Source: Saccostrea cucullata
Lineage: Eukaryota
Direction of reading: 5' to 3'
Assembly: GCF_032062105.1 (NCBI RefSeq)
Contig: NW_026933409.1
Coordinates: 434,001-498,000 of the forward strand
Length of the DNA: 64,000 nucleotides
Position 1 is the stretch's first letter; each line of letters opens with the position of its first letter. The notes under the pieces were generated by a model. It saw only the letters and a list, made by a program, of their open reading frames with translations, did not search any database and was not told the DNA's origin. Shown in pieces: positions 26,001-37,518 of the stretch. The translations under genes and the position numbers were made by a program.

Positions 26001-29000
26001 TGAGATTTAGCCCTAGTTTGTCTCTGCTGGACCCGATCATTAATATATTGAAACTGACATCGGCAAGGTCTAGGAAATATGGAAATTTATCCCTGTAAAC
26101 TAGTCCGATTGAGTGGCTATGGTAATTAAGAGATGCTGAATTACCGGCCGGAAGTTGCATTAATGATCGACTCCAGCTAGGATCTGAAAGGAGAATTCTC
26201 CATGTATCTAATAATGTACGTTTTATTACAGATATGGTATTTCACAGGCGTTAAACCACACGTCCAACGTTTTTCCATACATAAGGTACGTGTATCACAT
26301 TTCATAGAAAGATGAAATCTCATTTATGATTACATTGATAAGAAGTTGCACTGACATTCGTAAAATGTTTAATTGAAACACAATTGCACTTAAACAGTCA
26401 CATTCATTATTTAACACTGATGCTGTTAAAATTTAAAAAAAATCAACGAACAATTTTGAGTTGTGATACGTTAAGATTCAATAACCAGTGCGAGGTAGCT
26501 ATGAGGCTTATCTCGATCTCAAAGGCTAATTATTTTTTAAATGAAGCAGACTCGAGGTTTGCTCATTGTCCCCTTACCTTTCCCTAGTTAATAAAGGACC
26601 CGTTTCTCCTATAATACAGACATGGATTGGGTTGTCTCCATTACTGAGGTGTCAGAGCGTTTGTTAACGAGTCGCGGAATAAGATCTCGATCTTTACGTT
26701 GCCAGTTTGAATCCACGGTGTCACGTGTGTTTCTTAGTCACTCGAAAAAGATTCCAAACTGCGGAAGGCTATAAGTATCGAGCACAGGTTAAAATTTGCA
26801 GCCCTCTTTTTTCAATTTAAGATTAAAGTTCAGATGATTGCATTTTAAGCCTAAAATGACAGTAAACTATAACATTCAATCCGCTTACCATCTAGAAGAA
26901 AGGGCAATTTAACATCATCTAAAATTAAATGAATGCTAATAACCCCCTTCCCTAAAAATGACATATCTCAATTATTTCAATTATTCAATACTATATAAGA
27001 TCCCTACAGATATTTATAATGCAAAATGTGTTTTTAATGATTTAAAAGAATTTTTAAAAAACACATCCCTTTACCTTGAAGTAGAATTTGAAAAGACATA
27101 GGGAAACAATCAAAACTGAAAAGATCTTGCCAGACACTATTCACTAAATCGTATGTACATTTTGTTATTTCAGTAAAACAGGAACAGAAGTTCCAGAGAA
27201 AGGGCTGTTCTCTTTGGCAATCTTTGTCTGCAGTATTGCTCGTAAGTACTAGTAGTACTGAATACTTCGGTAGTATGATGGTTGGGTATCACTTAGTCTA
27301 GGTAAGACTACATAAGGGTTAGACTAAGTCTTCTGACATCAGCAATGATTAATTGTCAGATCAACAAAAGTGTGGCAGGGTGCAGCCTTAGCTTATTGAC
27401 AAAGCATACTGGAAGAAAAGCTTCCCGTGTAACATGTCTGATGTTTTGCTTTTTTCGCCTAATACAAGGGAAAATTGAAAACGTAGTGAATTCAACAGAA
27501 TAAAAGTTATACATCTTTTAAATATTGGGCGAAAAAAAGTGTATGATTTTTTGTCGCAATTGTCGAATGGCGAAAATGATTCAGCACATAGTACCTATAC
27601 TATCTAAACAAATTACCAAGGCCCTTGCAAAACAATCTTTATATTTCGTGCTACACAATAATTAGTTTGGTGTAATACAAATTGGAAAAAAATATTCTGG
27701 TGCAACATAAAATTTATGTTGTGTGATTAATATTCACACGCTCAGTAAATGTTTTCTATCAAGCCTTGGTTTTTTTTCCGCCGCTGATTCACAATGATTT
27801 ACAAGATGTACCAGCAAAATAATAGATTCCTCACCTCTAGATAGATAGGTTTCTGTGTAAATATCAAAATTGATATACTAGTAGATATTAATAGATAATA
27901 ATTCATTTTTCTGTTTATATTTCTTTGCAGGCTACCTGTCCTTTCCTTGCTCTCCTTGTATACCTAAAGCTATATAATAAAAAAAGAAAGGAATGATTTT
28001 GATTGATTTACAGTCACTAAGTAATTATTATACCTTAAAAATTGCTTTGAAGACAGTTTTTTTCAATCACTTTGAGTTTCATTGTTCTGTAGCAAACATG
28101 CCATGTTGCAACTAATGAAGATTAGATTATTATCTTTGTTTTTTCCTATTCTGTTAATTACTAAAATTATTTTTGAAATAGGAGCATCACCCTGCTTATA
28201 TTACAGACAAATGACTACCTTTTTAAAGGAGAAAAGGTGAAGTGCCTCATGTTCTTTACACAATGACTGTGAAATTTACGTTTACTTGACGTTATTTTGA
28301 TTATCATTTCGTTTAGAATTTATAATTCTATATCCCGTATATCACCGGTTTCATTACAGCATGGATTGCGCTCACCTGCTCTTATAGATTTACATTAATA
28401 ACACTCCTATCTAGAGAGCTTCCGTTCTGATATTAATTTTCTGTTTCAGTGGCCCTTAATGCAGAGATACGATTCCAATATGTCCGCCTTATGATGACAC
28501 AGATGTCCTTGACCCCGGCGGAGAAATCACGCTGGATCACTCTTAATAAATTGTCCTTAGCCATGGGCCTCGTGGCATGCTTTGGGCTAGTGTTTGTGGC
28601 TAGTTTTCAGGTAATAGACACAGCTTAAGTGAAATGTATCACTAGAGACTTTCATCAGTTACTTTTATAAAACTTATAAAACTTGAATTTGAATTTTCCA
28701 TACTTATGCTGGATTCCTTAACTTAAAAAAAATCCGTTCATGACAAACAAAAAGGCATTGTATGTTATATTAAATGTTCTAGCAAGCCTGTTTCTTTACT
28801 CCTTACTCAAATATTCACACGGGGAAACACACTGTACAACAATTTATTCAAGAAATGGTTTAAATCAGATAAACAAGAAACGGAAAACTCAAGAATTCCA
28901 ATTAAATTTAAGAAAGTTTGAAATCACAAAATTTTACCTTAAAAACAAAATTTCAAAACATAGGACTTTTTAACACTTTATTACGCAAGATAAGTTTAAG

Positions 29001-32000
29001 GTCAGAAGACACGTTCCTCAAATGTATGTTTTGTATCTCTTGGCATTAAATAAAAAATTATTCATATTTGTCATTCTCTTCTGATATCTACACTGTTTTC
29101 AAAATGTTTTAAATATAAGTAAACCAAAAATTGTGATATAGGCCATTCACAAGATTACGCATAAGGGTTATATAAGAAATAAGACCCTGTGGTATCTTGT
29201 CCAAATGCCTTGTAAGGTACCTTAATTTTTTGTGAGGAAACTTCTTTTAGTACATATTCTTCATTGACAAATTCTTGGGAAAAATTATAATTTTTAGGAA
29301 CGTGTCATCTGACCTTAAATTCAGGCTTCTCTCATTAATAAAGTTGAAATCGTCAATTTATTACGCTGTCACTGTTAATTAGTATATAATTATGTTGTTA
29401 AAACATTCTAGATTATTATTGTAAACATAACTACTATAACGTGATATCTAAATTGCTTGAGTTTTTGATTGACAATTGTCATGTATTAAGAGATGATATC
29501 TTCCAACAATATATCGGAATATGCAGTGGGTACCACTTACTTCCCTTTATTCTTTCTGTATTCATATGAACAAGAATTTATTCAAAATCTGTTATATGAG
29601 AAGGGAAAATTTGTTTTAATCATAATAAGAATGCGTTGTCCATTTATTTAAATGTCGAGTTGGCCCTAATTGTATTCGTATTATTAATTAGCGATATAGT
29701 TACTTCTATTCATATGTCGACTCAATGTATACATGTGAGCTTGAAAAAAAAAATGATAGTATAACATCTGAAAAATATTATTTCATATTTTACAAGAAAA
29801 GGACGTTAACCCTAAGATTTTTTTTGATAAATCTGATTTCTTCAACTTTTCAATCATCGTCTCCCCTTACTTATGAAGCAATACACTCATATCACCTCTC
29901 TCAGTTGATTCGATACACAAGAGTATGCTGTACGTACGAACAATATCTGAAACGATGTTAGTCTTTGACAAACAAGTTGATGAGACAAGGATATCAACAG
30001 ACTCATTTAAAGTCTTAATTTTGCAGGTTTTATGGTTGATATAATGAGCTTCGATATATATATTTGAGAGATTTATGTGTTAAGATACAATTTTCATAGG
30101 TTTTTATATTGAGGGAGACGCAAAAAGCTTTTTGTCAGCGACAATATTTTACAACTATCTAAGTTTACTTAAAAAGAAGGAATGCATTGCTTCATTTTTT
30201 TCAAAGCTATTTTATGTTTTTAACGCATACATATATAGAATCTCCCACGATTTGTAGTTGAATATAATTTTTATCCAACAAGTTTTGTGATTTTTATCCC
30301 CGAGCCTTTGCGAGGGTATAATAACACACAACGAATTAGATAAAAATCATTTCCAACTACAAATCATCGGAGATTTTTTAATATTTTGTTTTATACATCA
30401 CTTTCAATGTTTTACACTATCTTTTTTTGTAAATCTCCACTTCAATTTTCATCACATCACTCTGACGCAAAACCCATTGTGACCTCACAACAGTTACTGT
30501 AGTGTATGAAAAAAATGTCCATTGAGACAATATCCACGGGATAAAGGGGTAAACACTGGATAAAAGATTTTACTACATGTATATTGAAAATAAAGAAGAA
30601 CGTTGTTCTACGGCATACCAAAACATAAAATATTCTGCAACTGAAAAATCATTTTTTTCCTTCATTTTTTGTGTTCACATTATGTTGAACTAATAGATGT
30701 AAATGAAAGAAATGCTGAGGTATCACTGTACATGTATTTCAAATGTGACACTATTTTTGTGTCTGATTTTTTCTTTATAACGCCATCACTACTGGTTTCT
30801 GTAGTCAAGGAAGATTGAATTAATACTGAATATCTAAGCCATGAAATAATTAATTCTCACTGGGGACACTTTTACATCACAGTCTGTCATTAGATGTAGA
30901 CGTAACGAGAAAGTACTGTTTAACGAGGCCCTAAAACGGCTTATCATTATATATGACTAAGGAAGAAAAGCAATGTCTAGGTTTAATTATAAATATTAAT
31001 CTAATACAAAGAATGGAGTTAGCAAAATGGACACACCNNNNNNNNNNNNNNNNNNNNNNNNNNNNNNNNNNNNNNNNNNNNNNNNNNNNNNNNNNNNNNN
31101 NNNNNNNNNNNNNNNNNNNNNNNNNNNNNNNNNNNNNNNNNNNNNNNNNNNNNNNNNNNNNNNNNTAAAACTGATAGCTCTTTTTATATATATATTCTTT
31201 TATCCTTGGTGGTGCATATGTTTTCATTCACTTCAGTTAAATTTTACAATGGTACTAGCTTAAATGGTTGTCTTTCGCTATATTATGTTTGGACAAAACC
31301 TTCAGGATTTGAAATGAAATGACATAACAAAATTTTTCGGCCAATGAGAACTTAAAATTTTAATACTCTATTGAGTATTCATAGTTATGATGTACAGACC
31401 ATATGCAGGTGTTAGGGGCTTATAACAAAATAAATAAGGAAATTTAACGATGGGAAAGTTGACGTCTACTTTAATTGTTAATTGGCCCTTTTTGTCCATA
31501 GTCCGTAAAATATTCAAATATGAATCAGTAGATGTGACAGACATTGCGATGTATTTATTTTCGAATTCTTTTGGATATATCGATTCGACGTATGAAGATA
31601 TAATTAATGTAAACCTTGTGACTGCATAATGTATAAAAATTATGCATTTAATCACATGTTTGATTATGTAATGTACTAATTGCTAATGTACTAATGCAAT
31701 TAGATATCCTAACCAATAATGACACACATCTTTTTCCAGGTAGATACACTTCCGGTGCCTCATTATATGGGAGCCTTTGCGACCTTTGGTCTCTCGCTCG
31801 TTTGTTGTTGGATCCATGCTGCCATTACATACAAACTCTACAAAGAGGAGAGAAAGTCGGGGCTTAGATACACATTTATTGTACAGATTATAGTTAGTCT
31901 TGCCATCACCATCAGTTTTCTTACCTGTATCCTTTAACAACACGTGTACCTGACTGGAAAGGCCACTACCTGTGATCATATTCAATAGTTTGTCACCCTT

Positions 32001-35000
32001 CTCGTTTGCTCTGCTCCTATTTTATATTGTTTAATGACCATTTGAGCTTGAATACTTATCCCTTATGTTTCGTCCACACTCTCCTCACTAGATAAATATG
32101 ATGTGTAAAATCTCACCAGATAAATATCATGTGTAAAATCTCACCAGATAAATATCATGTGTAAAAGCTCACCACTTAAATATGATGTGTAGGGTTCATT
32201 AGATATCATGTCTAAAATTTCACCTGATAAATATCATGTGTACAAGCTTACCAGACGAATATAAGTATTTTATGATCATGAAAGTTTAAGGAGCACACTG
32301 CGGGTGTGACCGATCAGCCGGGATGCTCACTTCTCCATGGCACCTGATCCTACCTCTAATGATTTATTGATCGTGTTTGCTCCGCTCCTATTTTGTACTG
32401 TTTGATGGACTTTTGAGCTTGAATGATGTTCATTTTCTCCATATATATCATCTGTTAATACTCTTGATAATATTCATTAATTTGAATATAAAAGGTCGCC
32501 ATTTAACAAGCAAGGATAACTTTATACAGTAACATATGAAAATCATATCTGAAAAAAGAAATTTCTTTAGATTATCAACAATTCTTCAGATATGTCCCCG
32601 TTGTTAAGTATGATTAAGTTCGGTTACAGTGTGATTACCATAGGTATTTGTATATATATCGAGAACATAATATTTACTTGTGATTCAATATATAATCAGT
32701 AGTAACATCAGTAAATGTAACTGATATGCAAGCGTCCTTCACTGCAAGCTCAGACTGTGAAACAAACCTTTACTAATACAAATTCATTCAGGATTATGCA
32801 ATTGAGAAATTCATTACTATGGATATTTATCGCCATTCAACCCTCTCCTAAACAAATTAATGTCAATTTTTTCCCTTTTTTTACAATGACGTTCGTTCAT
32901 CAGTGACTTCAATGTCGTACGACTCGCCTGTGTTGCTCCGTGGTTAGAACTTTCGCACTTTATATAGTTAGGCGCTATCCTTACGTCGCAGGTGCTAATC
33001 CATTGTGAGACTTTTAGACTGGTTATTTTAATGAGACCACAGAAAGCGATTTTCCATGCAGCAGAGGATAGTGACAAATTAAAAAGATCTCACATTGCTC
33101 AAAAGCCGTAGGTACTGAGTACTGTTCTAAATCTCCAGCTCTTCACAGAAAAGTAGTAGCATCTCAAGATGAGTGAAAATTTCTAAAAGGGACTTCGGAC
33201 AAAAAAGATTTATTGATTGTATATTGTTTAACGTTCCTCTCGAGAATGTTTCAATCATATCGAGACGCCACCACTTGCCGGTGGAGAGCTACAAATTTCG
33301 TCCTGCGCTGGTCACTCAGGGCTACTGAGCAGTAAGGGATCTTTTTCGTGACAGCACCTACTACGACACGGAACCTCGGTTTATACGGTCTCATCCGAAG
33401 GACCGGTCTCCACGTCCCACGGTGGGATTTGAACCCGCGACGAGAGGATTGACTCCTTACTTTGGGACTGTAGAGCAGACGCTTTAACAACTGCGCCAGG
33501 CGGGCGACGTGGACAAAAAGAAGAAGAAAAAACAACGATAAAAGCAGTATCTCATATTTATTTTAATACAAAAATTGATCTTAGGGAGGAATCAAATGTT
33601 ATGCAGAGATCGTATTGAAAAACTTTTCTTTTCCATAAAGCATTAGTTATAAATTTTTTTTCAAAACTAAAAGCTTTATGAAAAATTGGTTTTCTTAAAG
33701 AAAAGTAAAGTGCGCCAAATATCTTAAAGAAATTGTTAAATAAAAGCTACGAATTATCACTTTTAGTATTTCATTTATAAATGCTCCGAGTTAAAATCAG
33801 ATATTTCTTTTGTTGAGAGAGTTGTTCTTCTGAAGGATGAGGCTACAAATAAACTACGAACGACCTACTGATGACAGATTTTGCTTCAAGGTCTAATGAA
33901 ACTTTTAATTTTAACAACCAAATCTTCTTACAGTGACATCTCGGAGACCATTGAACTTTGATACACCGTTCAACTTGCCAAGTTGATTGCAAATCGTGAT
34001 TGTGTGCAATTGAGAGTGATTTTCTCCTCGCTGTGATAATGAACGGCCTTCGGTTTTATTAATTAAAATGATTTCATTCTAAGCGACTTTACAGCTACTT
34101 TGGGAAGCCTTATAGTGGAATTTGTCCGACACATTCATGCTCTATTAGCCCATCGATAAACTAAGATTTAGAGAGATAAATTTAATTAATGAATTTTTTC
34201 GTAAGAAGAGGGATAGAACATTATCGTGAGGATTTCGTTTCGGTAAAAACTAATCCCTTTTTCTTCATTTCAAAATTGCATTATGGAGTTCTGTTTATCA
34301 CATCATTTTTTTGGTTAAGCAAAGGTTATGGCATTTGTGTTTGTTTACTTTCACCTATGCATATTCTTTTTACACCAATTCTTTTCTGTTATAAACATCC
34401 TTAATAAAAGACAGTTATCATCAGTTTTGCTTCTTATAGATATCAGAAGAGCAAAGGAAAAGGCACAAAAGAGGTAATATTTAATACAAAGTGCACTACG
34501 TGGAATTGAAATACGTACATGCCACAGGTTTCCCCAAACACTCTCGCTGTCAATTAAAAGATTAACATCTAGCTTCTGGCCTTTCTGACAGAACAGAAAA
34601 GAGTATATTCCCTAATTGCCGGCAAAAGTCCCCCAAAAAATCAAATTTCGTTGGAGAAATCTATAAAAATGTTTTTAAACAAAGGGGGTCATCTGATAAT
34701 GTCAAAGCAAATTAAATAGTTTCATTATATTTGCATAGTCATGACGCCATATGTGGACGTGACCTAAGAAAAAGTTATGCCAATTAAAAACTCCATGATT
34801 TATATAAAATAAAATACCACGTCGATATTTGAGTGTAAATCCCCCAACACAACTGCTCAATCTCAGTGTGTAGAATGATAGCAATATACTCTTATCACTT
34901 GCATATAGGGTTTTATGCTTCTCCCATTTAACTTGGTACTCAAGAGTATACTCTACGTAAGAACAATTTTGTTTACACAAAGCAAGCTATAGTAACAAAA

Positions 35001-35787
35001 AAGAATTTTGAATCCAGGGTAGCAACAATATCGTTCAAAATCACCATTGCATGCTTTATGCTCGATGCAATGATCTTTATAAGCAAAAAAAATTATCAGG
35101 AAGCCAATTGCGAATCGCATTTTCATATTGATATTTTGGAGCCAAATGCTGCATGACTGGTATTTTTAGTAATTATCCGCACACTGAATTGTTTACTGAG
35201 TTTTCCATTTGCTCGACCATGACAAGGAGCAAACGGCGGGAGAAACCAGTTAAAAGGAGATGTTTACTTCCCAATGGCTCCTGATGATGCCACCTCTGAT
35301 TTGTTTGCGTTGACTAAGATTTCTTGTTTCCGTATTCTTTTGAGTTTGATTGTTATTTGTTTCCTCCATATTCAGTTTTATAAAAAAACTTAATTTTTGA
35401 TATAAAAGTAACCTTTAATCTTTTTTTCAGAATGAGTTACGGGACATATTTCAGTCTGCCTCGGGTTCAGAATGGGTGCTAGCCATTACAACAATATCCT
35501 TTGTACTTACTTTTATACCAGGCTTCCGAACGATAGAGTTCGACGGATTCAGCGTAAAATTCAAACCACCAGCTACAAATAGTAAAACGGTGAGTTTGTT
35601 TGAACAATAAGACTACCTATAGTATCCAACAACATTTAAAATTATAAGTTTGTATAAGCAATAAGACAGCTAAACTCTCCCTAATCTGGAAAGTTAAACT
35701 TTCTCTAGTCTTCGTTTTTAAACACATTAAATGTATTATTTTTTTCTGCAGAGCTTTTGCCTGAGGTTTTGTGATTGTTGTGCTTGA
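23050..35787 (+). CDS. DRAM/TMEM150 family (Frag1/DRAM/Sfk1 domain) multi-pass membrane protein, paralogue 1, 270 aa, 8 coding exons
   Basis: Hand-spliced exons 23050-23138, 26232-26285, 27174-27241, 28450-28610, 31740-31926, 34415-34473, 35431-35589, 35752-35787 total 813 nt, are phase-consistent and are flanked by GT/AG. Translation: MLTVYHLLRACLWTIPVFTFLWSVPAFFIT-YGISQALNHTSNVFPYIS-KTGTEVPEKGLFS...IRFQYV...LNKLSLAMGLVACFGLVFVASFQ-VDTLPVPHYMGAFATFG...SEWVLAITTISFVLTFIPGFR...FCDCCA*. FPYISxTGxxxPE, FQ, H-x-x-GA and EW are family hallmarks. Confidence 0.92.
25050..25210 (+). repeat. perfect 38-bp minisatellite, 4.2 copies
   Basis: Unit TTTAGAATCCTTTTCGGTCACCTCCCTCTGGGATGTCA, head to tail with no spacers. 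Confidence 0.95.
26630..26810 (+). mobile_element. decayed tRNA-derived SINE
   Basis: B-box-like GTTTGAATCC and body AAAAGATTCC...GAGCACAGGTTAAAATTTGCAGCCCT, similar to the SINE at 33210-33505. Confidence 0.55.
28780..30050 (+). mobile_element. decayed Penelope-like RT fragments in intron 4 of paralogue 1
   Basis: HCTTIYSRNGLNQI (28740 ORF) and SQLIRYTRVCCTYEQYLKRC (29725 ORF) match the Naiad-type fragments. Confidence 0.7.
30234..30593 (+). mobile_element. non-autonomous terminal-hairpin element (Crypton-like or unclassified)
   Basis: About 140-nt hairpin at 30238-30376 with tip CCC-GA-GC-CTTT-GC-GA-GGG. TATACAT after the hairpin is inverted to ATGTATA near 30580. The right boundary is approximate. 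Confidence 0.6.
31368..31610 (-). mobile_element. decayed Penelope-like RT fragment
   Basis: YVESIYPKEFE...SYLNIL...NFPIVKFPYL...PAYGLY. Confidence 0.7.
32087..32256 (+). repeat. about 28-bp minisatellite, about 6 diverging copies
   Basis: Unit CACCAGATAAATATCATGTGTAAAATCT. Confidence 0.85.
32270..32445 (+). mobile_element. solo 3' end of Penelope-like element
   Basis: GGAGCACACTGCGGGTGTGACCGATCAGCCGGGATGCTCACTTCTCCATGGCACCTGATCCTACC. Confidence 0.8.
32930..33205 (+). mobile_element. old diverged copy of the V-domain tRNA-SINE
   Basis: A-box-like TTGCTCCGTGGTTAGA, ATGAGACC, AAAAGATCTC and 3' ATGAGTGAAAATTTCT. Collinear with the inverse of 33210-33505. Confidence 0.55.
33208..33505 (-). mobile_element. 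tRNA-derived SINE with V-domain (BivaV-like)
   Basis: Minus strand: A-box TGGCGCAGTTG, B-box GGTTCAAATCC, then GGTCCTTCGGATGAGACCGTATAAACCGAGG (V-domain-like) and an (AATC)n-like tail. Confidence 0.85.
35213..35372 (+). mobile_element. solo 3' end of Penelope-like element
   Basis: CATGACAAGGAGCAAACGGCGGG...GGAGATGTTTACTTCCCAATGGCTCCTGAT...CCACCTCTGAT. Confidence 0.7.
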
Positions 35788-37518
35788 AGAATAGGGACGT
35801 TTCCTGTCAACTTGTAACAGAGATAATAATGAATTCAGACAAAGATGCACGCAAAAGATACATATTATCACGGATAAGACATTCTCGTTTTCAGATATAG
35901 AAAAAGAAACATTCTTCCGATGATAAAACATATTCAAGTGGAAGAGTTTAAGTGATCTCAAATGAGCTTCTGGTGCAAATTACTTCATAATGTTGTACAT
36001 TTTTTTTTAATTTTTCATACCAACAAACTTACAAATGAATAATTAACCTCCTTTTTTTCAATGTTTTGACAGAGATATTGTTCTTATGTTAATTACTTGG
36101 GTGCTCTTGCATTTGCATGAAAAGGATATTGATGCTTGAGTCAAAACGAGTAGAAAACTAAAATATGGTTTGAAGCCATAAAAATTCATAGAAATATTGC
36201 AAATTTCTTTGCTTATTTACAAATTCTGCATCGTTTTCAGGTCCTTGATGTTTGGTTAGTGTCGTTCAACTGACACTAATATTCATATCCACATCTGATC
36301 ATGGTTATGATTTTATTGGGAGGGGGTTGAGTCATTGTCTCACTTGTTTAATTTTCAAGACAAAATTGTCTTTTTGCTTAATTTTTTTTTAATTTTGTTA
36401 AAAATGAGAACATTTGTACAATCGTTAATTTTTTGACACTGTTTTTGTTATTAAATTCTGATGTTTATTGTGTTTAATGTATACGTACTTTTTTTTTCGG
36501 TATTCCAATTTTCTGTGCAGTTTGCAGGTAGAAAATTAAGCATGCATGCGCTGTGTAAATTCAGCGGAATGGAAAAGTATATTAACAGAATTTGAATCTC
36601 ATCAAATTTTGTTCAGATTTGACTAGTGTGTCTTTGTGGAATAAAACATTTATTATTTTTGTCATTATTTTATTTTTTTCAGTAGCCAAACCAATTATAT
36701 GTTCTTTATTGCCAGCCATTCAACAAAATATCTAAATGAAATCGTACATTCAAAGAGTGTATTGATTTATGATGTGACGACATCAGCAAGAGGATAAAAA
36801 CCCCTGTATTGCGAGTCGTTATCAGACATATATCTCGGGACTTTAAGAGCAGTCCGTGCTTTCTACTCCAATCCCTTTTATTCTACGTCGTAAAACAAAA
36901 CTAAAAATCGGTCAGTCTTTGAATGAAACATATAGAGATAACGAACATTATTCAAGATCAAAAGTCCATAAAACAATACAAAATAGGAGCAGAGAAAACA
37001 CGGATCTCCAAAACATCAGAGTTAGGATCAGGTGTCATGGAGGAGTGAACATCTCCTGCTGACCAGTCACACCGCCGTGTGCTCCTTGTCATGATCGGAA
37101 AATAACGGTAAAATCCGTCGCCAATTTAATGAATAAATAATGGACTAACAATAAGTATGAAAATATCTGTCAGCATTTGACTCAATGATGAATTATATTT
37201 GCTGACAAGGTCATTGTATCGACCATAGAACTTAAGAAATGATGACTTTTAAAGAGACTGCTGAAATTGCTGTTTTATCAACTTGTTTGTCAATGATTTA
37301 AATCGTTTTAGAAATTGTTTATATGTAGAACATGCTCTTGCGTATCGAATCAACTGAGATATATAAACTCTGTATGCAGGTGATGAAGGTCTATTGTTGC
37401 ATAAGTAAGGGAAGTTGAAGATAAAAAAGTTAAACGTGTATCATAGAGCTTGGTTGTAAGATTACCATTATCTTCTTCTTCAAGTGAAATATCCATATAT
37501 GAAACAGATGTGTCCAAC

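Larger units (their letters stand above)
31927..34414 (+). other. U12-type (minor spliceosome) GT-AG intron, paralogue 1 intron 5
   Basis: 5' site GTATCCTTT. Branch-site-like TCCTTAAT at 34398-34405 lies just before AG 34413-34414, with no polypyrimidine tract between them. Splicing here restores the frame. Confidence 0.9.

Noticed and set aside
31683-31985. antisense ORFs over exons (also 58404-58604, 59974-60168, 52687-52869)
   Set aside because: Shadows of the DRAM/TMEM150 exons on the opposite strand.
33413-33505. functional tRNA gene
   Set aside because: The anticodon stem does not pair, there is an insertion, and it continues into a SINE body and tail.
35494-35502. ATATCCTTT, an AT-AC U12 donor consensus inside exon 7 of paralogue 1
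   Set aside because: It lies in the conserved last TM helix (I-S-F), is absent from paralogue 2, and no matching branch site plus AC was found.
36992-37100. SECIS or hammerhead ribozyme in the Penelope 3' end
   Set aside because: The ATGA is not followed by SECIS stem and apical AA geometry, and there is no CTGATGA...GAAA core.
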